This document shows positions 15,001 through 26,318 of a stretch of DNA of 64,000 nucleotides, piece after piece. The position numbers and the translations under genes were made by a program. Under the pieces are notes generated by a model. The model searched no databases. It was not told the DNA's origin and worked only from the letters and a program-made list of their open reading frames with translations. Each line of letters starts with the position of its first letter. Within the stretch, counting starts at the first letter, position 1. This DNA is from Antedon mediterranea. Taxonomy: Eukaryota; Animalia; Echinodermata. The stretch is from contig NC_092675.1 in NCBI RefSeq assembly GCF_964355755.1, positions 29,298,912 through 29,362,911 on the forward strand. The letters are read 5' to 3'.

Positions 15001-17197
15001 CTTCTTCCAAAGGGACACTGTATTGATTGATGGAAAGTGCCTGTTTCTAGTTACCTTTAGGGTCAAATCTATTATTTTAACTGCTCCCTTGTGTATAAAA
15101 GAGAGAAAATAGTTGAAACCAGGTTATTGCAAGGTGAACCCGGAAATTACTTTGACCCACGAAGAATTGAAATTGAGTTGAAAATCTAAGGCTGTTGAAA
15201 TCATAAATTGTGTTAAAAAACTCTTTATAATATCTTCCTAAGATAGAAATATGGAACAATAGCGTCGATGTGAAAACTAATGTTATCAAATCAACGTTTC
15301 GCGGTACATCTGAGATAGATAAGGTAGGTATCTAAGGCGGAGATTTGTACCGAAGTTTTTGCATTGTGCTCGCCTATGTCAGAATTAACCATAATTTATA
15401 TATAGATACTTACATCTTGTATGTTTCCAAGTACTAGCTTAGCCAGTTTGCTGAGATGATGTGAATAGGGTACCTTTATTGGAAATTGCTGTGTATGCAA
15501 TGTACAGGCCTAGAAAACACAAAATACATATAATATCATATCGAGTTATACAGTATCATTCAAAGGTTGCATCATTTATAATATACAAAAACACATAAAA
15601 AATATATAGTGGAATTAAGTGGAAGCATGTGAGCAGTAAACTTGTCAATGGATGTTGATACTGTAACTGGTAGATTCAACTCTTACAAAGTCTGAAGAAA
15701 GTAAAGAGTGCCAAAAGACACAAACTTTGTAGTATACAGTAGTATATGCTAGAAAATGAAGGATGTATTGATGTTTATAGTATAGTAGAACCCATATTAA
15801 AGGGATACCTTCGGGACACAAGAAAGTATCCTCTTAATTAGAGTGTCCTCTTAATAAGGATGTCCTCTTAATAAGGGTGTCCTCTTAATAAGGGTGTCCT
15901 CTTAATAAGGGTGTCTTCTTAATAAGGGTTTCCCCTGAATAGGGATAGGCTGTAGTGTTAAAAGATAAATTGCTCTTGTTTGTTGCACAGGAAGGTGTGT
16001 TTTATGGTATGTGATAACTGTAGTAAAGTTTAGCACCAGTGGTGGATCCAGGATTTCAATGGGCTTCAATGAAATAGGGGGAGGGGGCTGGGGTAAAAGT
16101 AGGGAAATGAAGTGCTGAACTTTGATGTCCTATCTTTTGCATTACAATTTGTGAAATTTAGAGGGTGCCTCGGGCTGGTTGGGCCCCCTTGAAACCTTGA
16201 GCACATCTTACCTCTAACACATGAATTAACCCAGATCTCCGAGCTGGATTCTCCTCCACCATGGAGAGCAGAAGGGAATGAAGAGAACGTGTTAAATTAT
16301 GACTACTTCCTCTATGTGCAGTTTTACCGAATTCAGCTGCCCAGAATATCGTCATACCGAGGGAGTAAACATACATCTATAGAAAAAAAAACCAAATTGA
16401 AATAAAAAAAGTTTAAATAATGAGTAAACTGTAAATTGTAATAATTTTTGTTTTCTCTATTGGAGAGATCGAACTTAAAGTACTGTTGGGCCTAGACTGA
16501 ATCTGCCTTTACATATTAGAAACTCGACATATGGACAGTTTTAAGTCATTTTTATAAACTCACCTTTTCAGATTTTTTCTTTTTGACAGCGCTATGAGCA
16601 ATGAACGTTGAAATGGCGCTTTAAAAATTGAACGATTGATTGATTAATATACATTTTAATTTTACCAACCTTTTCAACAGCGACATCCGAGAAACTGACG
16701 CTGTGTGCAAGGATTTCCGGAGGTAGGTAGCCACTGACGTCATACTGCGATGTGTTGACACTATCTGCATATCGTATCTGACCAGTAGGTTGCAATAATA
16801 AGGTGTGTGGACTGATAATGAATGATGGACCATTGTCAGCTATAGCTTGACCTAATATTGATAAACAGAGGATGAAATGAATGAATGAGCGAGCGAGTCA
16901 AATGGCAGAGCGGTTAAGGTAGGGGCGCCGTTTATCATACCTAAAGAGCCAACCACATCGGCAAGGCCGACTCGGGACACAGTATTCGATACTAACAAAG
17001 AAATGTGAAAATATAATATTTATGACTATACTATTATTATACAGCAATTGAGTGTACACATTACCCCTCAAAAATATGTCTTGCATGGCTTCACTGCTAT
17101 GGCATAGCAAGGCCCATAACTCCTCTTCTGATACAGCATTTCCTTTGACTTCCAAGGCATCAAACAGGGAAACATGAACAAGAGATGCTACTGGCAT
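1..17197 (-). CDS. PTPN13: Tyrosine-protein phosphatase non-receptor type 13 (FAP-1/PTP-BL), 5' part: KIND, FERM, PDZ1, PDZ2 and start of PDZ3; gene continues beyond window start
   Basis: GT-AG exons spliced in frame by hand: 17197-17065, 16851-16670, 16376-16212, 15509-15414, 13177-13081, 12536-11916, 11389-11181, 10174-10100, 9643-9469, 8844-8688, 8378-8084, 7627-7442, 6989-6919, 6708-6617, 6211-5800, 5590-5550, 5230-5063, 4867-4631, 3710-3061, 2527-2434, 2161-1979, 1576-749, 147-<1. N-terminus HVSLFDALEVKG...EEELWALL (KIND), FFGPEF motif, FERM (EHFYFGL, HQYYLQLRKDI, LALQAEMGD), PDZ motifs GIGVTIVGG, LGISVTGGVNTSVKHGGIYIK and GLGFSIQGG match my recollection of PTPN13. The PTP domain is not in the window. 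Confidence 0.9.
3783..3952. mobile_element. Dispersed MITE-like repeat (second copy inverted at ~59360-59520)
   Basis: Ends TTTATCACAAATA...TATTTGTGATAAA, internal palindromic arms GGGAAGG...CCTTCCC; a homologous reverse copy lies in a RAP1GDS1 intron. Confidence 0.6.
9231..9446. repeat. Minisatellite, 43-bp unit x5
   Basis: TATCTAGTTTCTGCCACTAGACCACAATCACAAGGCAACTCCA repeated essentially perfectly. Confidence 0.95.
12702..12870. mobile_element. Harbinger/Tourist-like MITE copy
   Basis: Both TIRs present (AGCTCTGTCTACACTATCAAACT...AGTTTGATAGTGTAGACAGAGCT) with three internal units. Confidence 0.8.
13372..15406 (-). mobile_element. Probable non-autonomous Helitron in a PTPN13 intron
   Basis: On the minus strand it starts A|TCTATATATA (15406) and ends with a GC-rich hairpin (CTAGAGGGGGAGCGAGCGAAGCGAGCTCACCCTCTAG) then CTAG|T (13372). 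It sits at an A|T site with no TSD. That the two ends belong to one element is inferred. Confidence 0.55.
14057..14753 (+). mobile_element. piggyBac-like internally deleted element (697 bp)
   Basis: TTAA TSD on both sides (14053-14056, 14754-14757) and TIR CACTTTCACCGCCA/TGGCGGTGAAAGTG. Subterminal repeats CCGCCAAAGACGGA. Internal remnant LTADEAIAEIFADSDSENE resembles the acidic N-terminus of piggyBac transposases. Confidence 0.8.
15782..15955. mobile_element. Tc1/mariner(pogo)-like MITE with internal 17-bp tandem repeat
   Basis: Degenerate TA-CAGTAG...CTGTA type ends with 5-6 copies of GGGTGTCCTCTTAATAA. Relatives at ~2370-2418, ~29781-29850 and ~53517-54150. Confidence 0.5.
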
Positions 17198-20100
17198 CTT
17201 GAATCCTAAAAGATAAATTAATAAATATTATATTGTGACACCAGACTGGATAACAACAACAAATTGGATAACTGGAGATTACATTTTTAGCAGAAATTGC
17301 AATACATTATAATTATAACTCTTATGCTTTAGATGTAATTGTAAACTGTCTCACTGCTAATAAATGTATTTACAGGTATAGTTTGAAATTGAGTATTCAC
17401 TTGTTTTAATTATCATTATGTCAACACATTTTTATTTAAAAAAATGTAATTTTCAATACACTACTAAGTGGTAAATCTCTAATTATATACTGTAGCTATT
17501 GACAATTAATGAAAAGGCTAAAAATACAAAAAGCAGATAATGCAGGGTGCATGATGGGAACACCAACAGCTGACCTTGAAAACAACAATCAACATCATAT
17601 TTTATATGCTGTATTGTTTAAAGTTTTGCATGGCGAAATGTTGATATTATTATTATGTACCGCAAACTTTATATCAGCAATTATATTTTAATATGGAACT
17701 GTAATATTACTGAAAACAAAACATTTTGCAAAATAAATAATAATATACTTATTTTACACAATAAATAAACTCTTTTGTAACTGTAGTAGAAGAAGTAACA
17801 GTATTTAATTTTATACCGTGCTAGAGTGATGTGACACTTTTCAAATTTAATTTGTTTTTGTGTATCTCAGACTCAGAGCAAACACAATTTCTATATATAT
17901 ATACTTATGCAAATAGAAGTAATATTCCACAGATGAATGTTTAATTGCATGTGCTAATTAATATTGTACATTGTATAGTACAAAGTAGTGAAAATATTAA
18001 AAATGAAATATATTTTGAATTAAATCTGGTTTTTTTGTTAGAATTATACTTACTTCTCTTTTACAGTAGTTTAAAACAAGTGATAATTACTTAAATATGT
18101 ATGACATTACTTATAATGACTATCATTAAATTGTTAATTACTGTCTATTTTACAATTGTGAAATAGCATAGAACAAATTGGCAACATTATAGCATTGACA
18201 GCATATGGGAAATGACCACAGCCTTTCATAGTGAGTCACAATGAGGCAGATTGATATAGAAATGCATACAAAAGATATGAGCAAAAATCAATAGTCAAAC
18301 AACAATGCAATCATAGCTAAATGCTAGTATATTGTGCCCCACACCCAATTCACACTCAAATGCACACAGACCTGGCCTAATACAGCTGTAGCTATTATCA
18401 TATTGACATCAAATATGAATGTCGCTGATGCAAACAAAATGGTACAAAAAACAGTACATATAATATGACCACAAATTGTAAAGTAATACTTTCTTTCAGT
18501 TAATATTTCATGCAATACTGAGGTATCCCAAATTACAAAAATAATGATATTATTATTTCCATGAAATACAGAACCTGTATTCAATTATTAAAATTAAAGA
18601 ATGTGTAAAATTTTAAAATGCCTTTATTTCTTTACAGATTTGTTTTTTTGCTTTTTTTATTATTACAAATCAAAAGAGGTACCGCTAATAATTAGGCCTA
18701 CAGGTAATCTATGTTATTTTACTAAGTAGTGTGCATAGACAAATGTCAATATTGTAAATTTAATTTATTTTGTCTTAACATGATATGTACATTGACTTTT
18801 ATTATACAGTAACACATATTGTAAATTGAAATGCAATTTAATAATTTTTATATTAATTATTTTAAATTATGTATCTCAATGGAAATAAGCTAATAAGCTT
18901 TTTGGGCTATCCTTGAAAATCTTGTATAAATTTATTTATTTTTAATGTCAGTAATTTATACAAATTTATTTCATTTTGTATGTATTTTTTATGATTTTCC
19001 TAATAAAATCAATATAAATAAAGGACGATAGAGAGCAGAAAAAATATATATCAATTTGAATATTAATTGACACAAACTTCTAGAAACATTTAAACCTGTT
19101 TTAAAAAATGCACATAATTTGGACGGATCCCTTCCTATATCCAGAGTAGAGGGACGCCCTGTCAACATCAAAATCTAAATAAATTTCTTTTTAAAAAGGA
19201 AGCAACGGTTAAACTTCTTCTTCCTGATTACTGAGTTCATTAGTTTTATTTTAATTTTGAAAAGGGCTACATTAAAATCTATAAATACATAGAAATGATT
19301 TTTTCAGGTATTCACCTATAAACTTTTAATTAGTCACGTGGTGCAGAACTTTTTTCTGTCAAATACAAAACAGAGATATAAAAAAGGGAATCAGGGAAAC
19401 AAATAATTACATTATTGTCAATTTCTTGAAAAAACCCCAAAAAACAAATAAATATAAAAATGATAATCAATGAACTTGGCTAATTAATTAAATAGCCTCT
19501 AATGACATTGACAAGAACCTAGCCTAAACTAAGACCTATGCAATCATATCCATACTACATCCTTACAGAATATAGTTAATATTTGTTCTCATGTGGAATC
19601 AAGCCTAGGCCTAGTAGTAGTAGCTTGTATAGAGGCTAGGCCAACCCTACATTCCCAATAGCTACATTGATTGAAACATGCCTGACTTAGTACAGTAGCC
19701 TGGACTGTCATGTTGAAAGAGAAGAGATGTCGAAACACATAACATACCGACACTTGAGTCGAGTTTCCGAAGTAAATATTAACAACTTGATTTAATAGAT
19801 TATATCCTTTTTGTCTTCTTCATTATCTACAGCATTATTGTTTTCCAAACTGCTCATAATGGTAATTAAAATACATAAATTCAACACACATTTCTAGGCC
19901 TACATCACCCATCGTATCGTTCGTTGTTGTCATCCTGAAGCGTTGATCACTACATGACTATACCATTTGATTATAGGGATGTACTGTAAATGATTTTTCA
20001 GGTTAAATCTTAAATTCAAACTAAAATATTACAAAAAAAATATACTTATATATAGAATAAATTAGTTTAGTATTGTAATATTCTAATCTATTTATTTTTA

Positions 20101-21709
20101 ATTGAAATTAATGAACATTATATATTTACCAAAAGTCAAACCTATATATTTAATAGACTATTCTTGTGACGCGTCAGGTATTTAATTTTGAAATAATATG
20201 TAAACAAGTTTAGATTGTTGAAATACTGCCACCATTTATAATACAAGTTTACATACTTAATTACTACACTATACTCCGATCCATGATTTGACATTCATTC
20301 ATAATTTTTTGTGAAGTTAGTTGGTTGAATTTATATTTATACATAATATATTATTTGATAAAAAATACCTATTACGAGTATTTTATGTTTCAGTTATCAA
20401 TGTGTTTATGTTCAAATTTATTTTTTGTGTGTGTAGGCCTATAATATATAGGCATCTCCATGATGGAGGTATAAAAATATACCTTCATGGGAATATCAAT
20501 CAATCATTTATATAGAATAACAATGAATTAAATTATCAATCAAGTTTAATAGTAATTTTACTTAACTTTTTAAAAGTTTTCTTTTTGTATTATTTTTATT
20601 ATTTATTAAACTTTATCACTGCACATTGATTGAGAATGTGTTAGCATTTGGCTGCCTGTAAATGTTTATTGATTTTTAAAGTTTTTTTTCTACCAAAAAT
20701 ATATTAAATAGATCGATTTAATTTCCATTTTCACAAGCAAAATTGTAGCTCTTTAACAAGCAAATTAGATATAGTGTCGTCCCTCTAAAAAATATTTTCA
20801 AATGTTTGTATTAATATGCCATCATGTCACATAATAATAAATGTATTTACCTGGAAAAAAAAAGTAATTTAAAGCAACCGTGTTAAGATTCGAACACGAG
20901 TGTGACAAAGTGCGAGGCTGTGCGAGGCAGCGAGGAACGCCAAATAATTGTGCGAGGCACGCCAAACATTGTGCGAGGCATCATTTTATCATTTCCAAGT
21001 GCGAGGCATGTAGGCATATAGTTTAAAATTTTAGGGTATTTTTTTTAGGGTAAAAAATGAACTGATCCACCAACCGAAGGCAAGAAAATTCTGCTCGGGG
21101 TTTCCCCTTTTTATAAACGCACGTGTCATGTCACTGTTGTTATCATGTCATATCACGTACTTTGATGCGGGACGGACCGTCCCGGCGGTGGGATACGGTT
21201 GGTAACTATTAAATTTACATTTATTTAGTCATCGTTTATAATTACAATTTCAGTATATAATTGATGGCAAGGATCCTGCATAAAGAAGTTTACAATTCTG
21301 TTTTTGCAGGACTCTTACAAAAACATAAAACAATAACACAACATAAAAGTTAGAAGAAACGACATTTTTTCATATTATATACATTCATATGTACAGCAGT
21401 GTTGTTCATCAGCATAAAGCGATAAATAGTGTTTTTTAATGTTTATTTATTCGTTTATTTTTTCTTTCAAAAATATTCAGCTTATATTACCACCAGACAT
21501 TTATGAATTCTTTTCCACAACTTTGGTCCATATATGTAGGCGTATAATGAATCATGGAGGTATTACTATTATACCTCCATGTATGAATTGACTGCAAAAG
21601 TCAATCTCGATGCGAATCAGTTTCTGTTCTGAGGTTATGAGTAAAACTGGCACAATAACTAAACATATTTAAAATAGTTATAAACCAATGGAAATGATCA
21701 ATCAATCAA

Positions 21710-21950
21710 TTATTGGCGGGAATTTCATTATCCTTGAGTCTGAAAGGTAGGTCAGAGATAAGAAGATTAAAATTCCAGATCCATGTATAGAGGGCGCATT
21801 ACATAAATATTGTACAGCGTTTGTAATTGGCTGTTGCTTTTTTAAAGATGTTTGTTGATTGGCTACTTCAAACGTGGCGGCTAGGATGAATCTATGCACC
21901 TCCTCAACACAAGGAGCGATCATTGGATTTTTAAACCGTAAAGAAGTAAG
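21710..21950 (+). promoter_or_regulatory. Putative CDK1 core promoter and non-coding first exon
   Basis: E2F-like TTGGCGGGAA (~21713), two inverted CCAAT boxes (ATTGG at 21826 and 21858), CHR TTCAAA (21867-21872), donor AA|GTAAGT at ~21946 and acceptor at ~22498 upstream of the ATG. Confidence 0.65.
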
Positions 21951-22532
21951 TTGTAAGTACGAAACTCTTTACGAATTTGTAATTCATATTATTGTATGTT
22001 TTTTTTAATTAGGTCTTAAAATATATTAATATCAACTTTAAGAAACTATTTCTATGTGTTTTGATATTGTTTTAAGTAACTTTTTTTAGATTGAATCCTC
22101 AAAAAATGGATCAAAGTTTGAACGGAATTTAGTCGATGGTCTGGCCCGCCGCCGTGCCGTGGGTACCCTATAGGCGAATTTCCCTATAGGATAGGCTAGC
22201 TTAATTCAGGCTAGGCGTGGCTAGCCGAATTGGATCCGCCGAATCCTGGCATAGCCTAGTCAGGCTGCTGTATAGGCCAGCTTGGCCTATAATATTAATA
22301 ACTAGCCTAGGCTCAGTGATGTGCAAAACTGTAGTGGGGAGATTTTCCTGATTTTTTATCACCAAACAAAATTGAATTTTTTTTTGCAATTTGAAATTGC
22401 ACAATCAAATGTTTAGACCTTAGATTCGGCTTAACTAGGCAAGGCCAAACAAGGCTAAGTCGCCGAATTGAAACAACTTTTTTTTAATCATTGTTTAGAA
22501 ACCGCATTGGAGCAAGACAAAAGGAAGACATC

Positions 22533-24745
22533 ATGGATCAGTATTTAAAGATTGAGAAGATTGGAGAAGGTTTGTAAAAAAGAAAAATGTATTATTATGT
22601 AATTAATGTAAATAATTTTGCATGCAGCATCTTGACAACGAAACATTGATTTGATTTGCTGCACAGGAGTGAAAGACCAAGACTTTATGATATATCCCAG
22701 GCAATATTTGTAATAAATATTTTTAATTGCAGGCACATATGGAGTTGTGTACAAAGGAAAACACAAGGAAAGTGGCATGATCGTAGCTCTAAAGAAAATA
22801 CGATTAGAAAGTGAAGAAGAAGGAGTACCAAGCACTGCAATTAGAGAGATTTCCCTTTTAAAAGAATTAGATCATCCTAACATTGTAACGTATGTTGTTG
22901 TCATATTTATCATCCTAACATTGTAACGTATGTTGTCATATTTATCATTTATTTCAGGAAGAAATGTTATTTTACTAGTAGTTAGTGTTAGTTATGCTAG
23001 GGTTCATTTCAAGTCATTATTGAATTAACTAATAACAATAATAACTAGTTTAATATGTTTCTCTTCAGGTTGCAAGATATATTAATGCAAGAATGCAAAT
23101 TATATCTTGTCTTTGAATTTCTTACTATGGACCTAAAAAAATACATGGACAGTTTGAAGGGCACACTAATGGAGGCAGATCTTGTTAAGGTGTGTTTTGA
23201 CCACATTTGAATGTTTAATTTTAATACGATAAAAGAGTACACCCTTTGTGACCTACTTGCTAACAAGACTGTAAATCTGTCTACACTATCAAACTAGTTT
23301 GACAAAAAAGTGTTGTGATGTACCCAAATATGGTAGTGATATGACATCATCATTATGAGCACATAACATTTTTTTGTCACATAAAGCTTGATAGTGTAGA
23401 CAGAGCTTTACAAACAACTTTCAAACCAGTTGCTGATGACACAAGAACAAGCTGAAAAAAACACATTAAAAATTTTTTTTATATTCTTTAGAGTTATTTA
23501 CACCAAATATTGGAAGGCATGGTCTACTGTCATTCAAGGCGAATTATTCATAGAGATATGAAACCCCAGAATCTATTAATTGACAACAAAGGAACAATCA
23601 AATTGGCAGATTTTGGTTTGGCAAGAGCATTTGGCATACCAGTTAGAGTGTACACCCATGAAGTAGGTTTAAACTCACCCTATTCTAACATGCATCTTAC
23701 AGAATTACATTAAAGCCATGCGAATTGAACCTAAAGATTCAGACATGAAGGGTATTTCACACCAGTGCTGGTGTGGCAGAGTTAAATCAAACCTACCTGT
23801 TTTGTTTTCACATGTCCACGCGCATATCGATTGGTGCATAGCGGCGTGGAGCGCCGTACCAACTAAAAATTGATGTTTAATTTGCCATGCCGGAAAAGAT
23901 GTGAAAGTGGATGGGTCCAGTTTAAATGAAACAAGTGAAATAACACACGATGAATAAAGATAATAATATTACTTATTTTATTCATACCATACATATTAAA
24001 AATGTATTGTACATGTTATTTTCTTGTAGGTTGTGACTTTATGGTACAGAGCTCCTGAGATCTTGTTGGGTTCTGCAAAGTATGCCACACCCGTCGATGT
24101 CTGGAGTATTGGCTGCATTTTTGCTGAGATGGCAACAAAGCGTCCTCTCTTTCACGGTGACTCGGAGATCGATCAACTTTTCCGTATTTTTCGTACTCTT
24201 GGAACGCCGGTGGAAGACACATGGCCGGAAGTGACCAAGTTACCGGACTACAAGCCATCTTTCCCTAACTGGAAAAGCAACAGCTTAACCACCAATGTGA
24301 AGGCCTTGAATAGCTCTGGATTGGACCTCTTACAGGTACAGTCATTAGTACAAAATTGTAGGCTATGATGTAGATAATTAATTGTGAATAGTTTACATAT
24401 TTTTACACCATAGTTGTTATAAAGTTCGCGGCACACCTCGTATGTAGCTCTGATGTTTCAATCAATACCTCTTTATAAAGTCAAGGAAAACTGGGAATTG
24501 TGAAATTGGATGGGACTGGGTGTGAATGCTAAAACAATAGCAAAGTTCACAGTGGGAGGGATTGAAACTAGACATAGAAGAGCATTGTTCTCATGAACTA
24601 TACACCATAGTTTTTAAACTTAAATCTTTTAATATTTGTTATTTTACAGAAAATGCTCATCTACAATCCAGCTAAAAGAATTTCAGCAAAGGCAGCTTTA
24701 AGGCATCCTTATTTTTCAAATGATATTCTATCGATCAAATCATAG
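22533..24745 (+). CDS. CDK1: Cyclin-dependent kinase 1 (cdc2)
   Basis: Exons 22533-22569, 22733-22889, 23069-23189, 23492-23662, 24030-24335, 24650-24745 (TAG). Gives [80 protein letters not shown] and [24 protein letters not shown]. The residues [16 protein letters not shown] and SEEEG favour CDK1 over CDK2. Confidence 0.95.
22871..22950 (+). repeat. 38-bp tandem duplication spanning a CDK1 exon end and donor
   Basis: ATCATCCTAACATTGTAAC|GTATGTTG occurs at 22871 and 22909. Confidence 0.9.
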
Positions 24746-26318
24746 TGCAGATCAAGAGTATTAACATAATCAGAACTAGACTAGAAACGATATGGGGAAT
24801 TAAGGCGGTACAGGTGGTGCCATCACATTTTGTTCCAAAACAAGGTGTTTAACCAAATATTATCCAACGGCATAACAAATTAATTTATGAACTATATAAA
24901 TGCTCAACGTTTGGGTGGGAAATTTCTAAAACATTTAATGACCTTGTTTCATCCACTATATCAATAACAGTACTGTACTTTGTCAGAGTTGACAGAGCAA
25001 AAACATATTTTTTTTTGGCCAAAAAGATTATTTCTAAGATTTATTCATCAATGTTTAAAAAATGGATTTCTTATTTGCTTTGCAAATAATGTGATGAACA
25101 ATTGAGATTTGATTAGCATTTTGCAAATGCGATTTCTATAGAGAGTAAGTATAGTGACTGTTCAAATAGAGTTTTTTTGTAGATATTTAGTAAAATTTAG
25201 TTGTTTGTGTTTAAATTCAGTATGTCTCTGAGTAAATTAGTTATATTCTTTATTTAAAAAAAATTTTTTTTTTACTCTTTGTGTTTGATGAATAACAAAC
25301 GGTACATCAACAATTGGAGGCATATTTATGCGATATATTAACAAAAAAGGAAAGGCTAATATTTGTACTGTAATGTTTACGATATACTTTGCTTTGTATT
25401 TATGCTAAGGTAGGGAAAAAAAGAAACAAATTACATAGTAATCAGTTCCTGTAAATGTTGTAAATGTATTTTGATATCAAAAATAAAAAATACAGCTCTA
25501 CCACATCACATTCACTTGTACTTTTTTATATGATTGACTCGTCCTTTATGAGTTTATAGGCATACTCGCTGTTTAACAAGTTTTGGCTAAGCAATGGCAC
25601 TTTGGTTTGGTGATTTCTCTGTTATTATTATTCTCTGTTTATAATTGCCAAATCAATCGTACACATGTTGATGCTCTGAAAGCAAGGCAACCTAACAGGA
25701 CACTGAGCTCGTCTTGCCAAGAGAGGAACTCCTAACAGTCCTTTGATCTTATGTCTGGCTGCGACAAATACCAACAGGTATATTACATATTCTCTGTGGC
25801 ATTTGGTGTCTGTTAAGGGGTGTGGGTAGGCTCTGACGCCACAGTTGGATCTAGAGTGCTCTCTTTTAAGACAACTTGCCTACCTTCTCCAACCCCACAG
25901 CTCTTTCTATACATCAAAAGTTAACATTGACTTAAAAGTATTCATAAAAATGTAGTTTTTATTACAAAACAGATTAATTAAATCAACAGTATTATTCATT
26001 TGAATCTATTATACATTAAAACAATTAAAATGTCTCAATATCTTTTAGTTTACTATAAAGCCTCCTTTCATTGTTGTCTGTCCATCCAGTCATTATATCT
26101 TTACTTTTACAAGTCCGTGCTAGGTTTTGAAGGATACAAAGTGCAGTTTGTTGGTAACCCTTAAGCTCTGTCTACACTATCAAACTAAACCAAACAAAAA
26201 AAGTGTGATGTGCCCAAATAGCACATTTTTTGGTCGCATAAAGTTTGATAGTGTAGATAGAGCTTTACAGTGGGTAACTAGAATATTCAATGTCTTTAGC
26301 AGTAACTCAGATGCTAGC

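Noticed and set aside
16895-16980. tRNA-like A-box TGGCAGAGCGGTTAAGG (and a similar remnant at ~9895-9977 on minus)
   Set aside because: No cloverleaf or intact B-box/acceptor stem. At most degenerate SINE heads.
21553-21581. Short hairpin CATGGAGGTA...TACCTCCATG (similar one at ~20460) as a regulatory RNA
   Set aside because: More likely a collapsed TIR-only element. The TSD is imperfect and it is too short to support a call.
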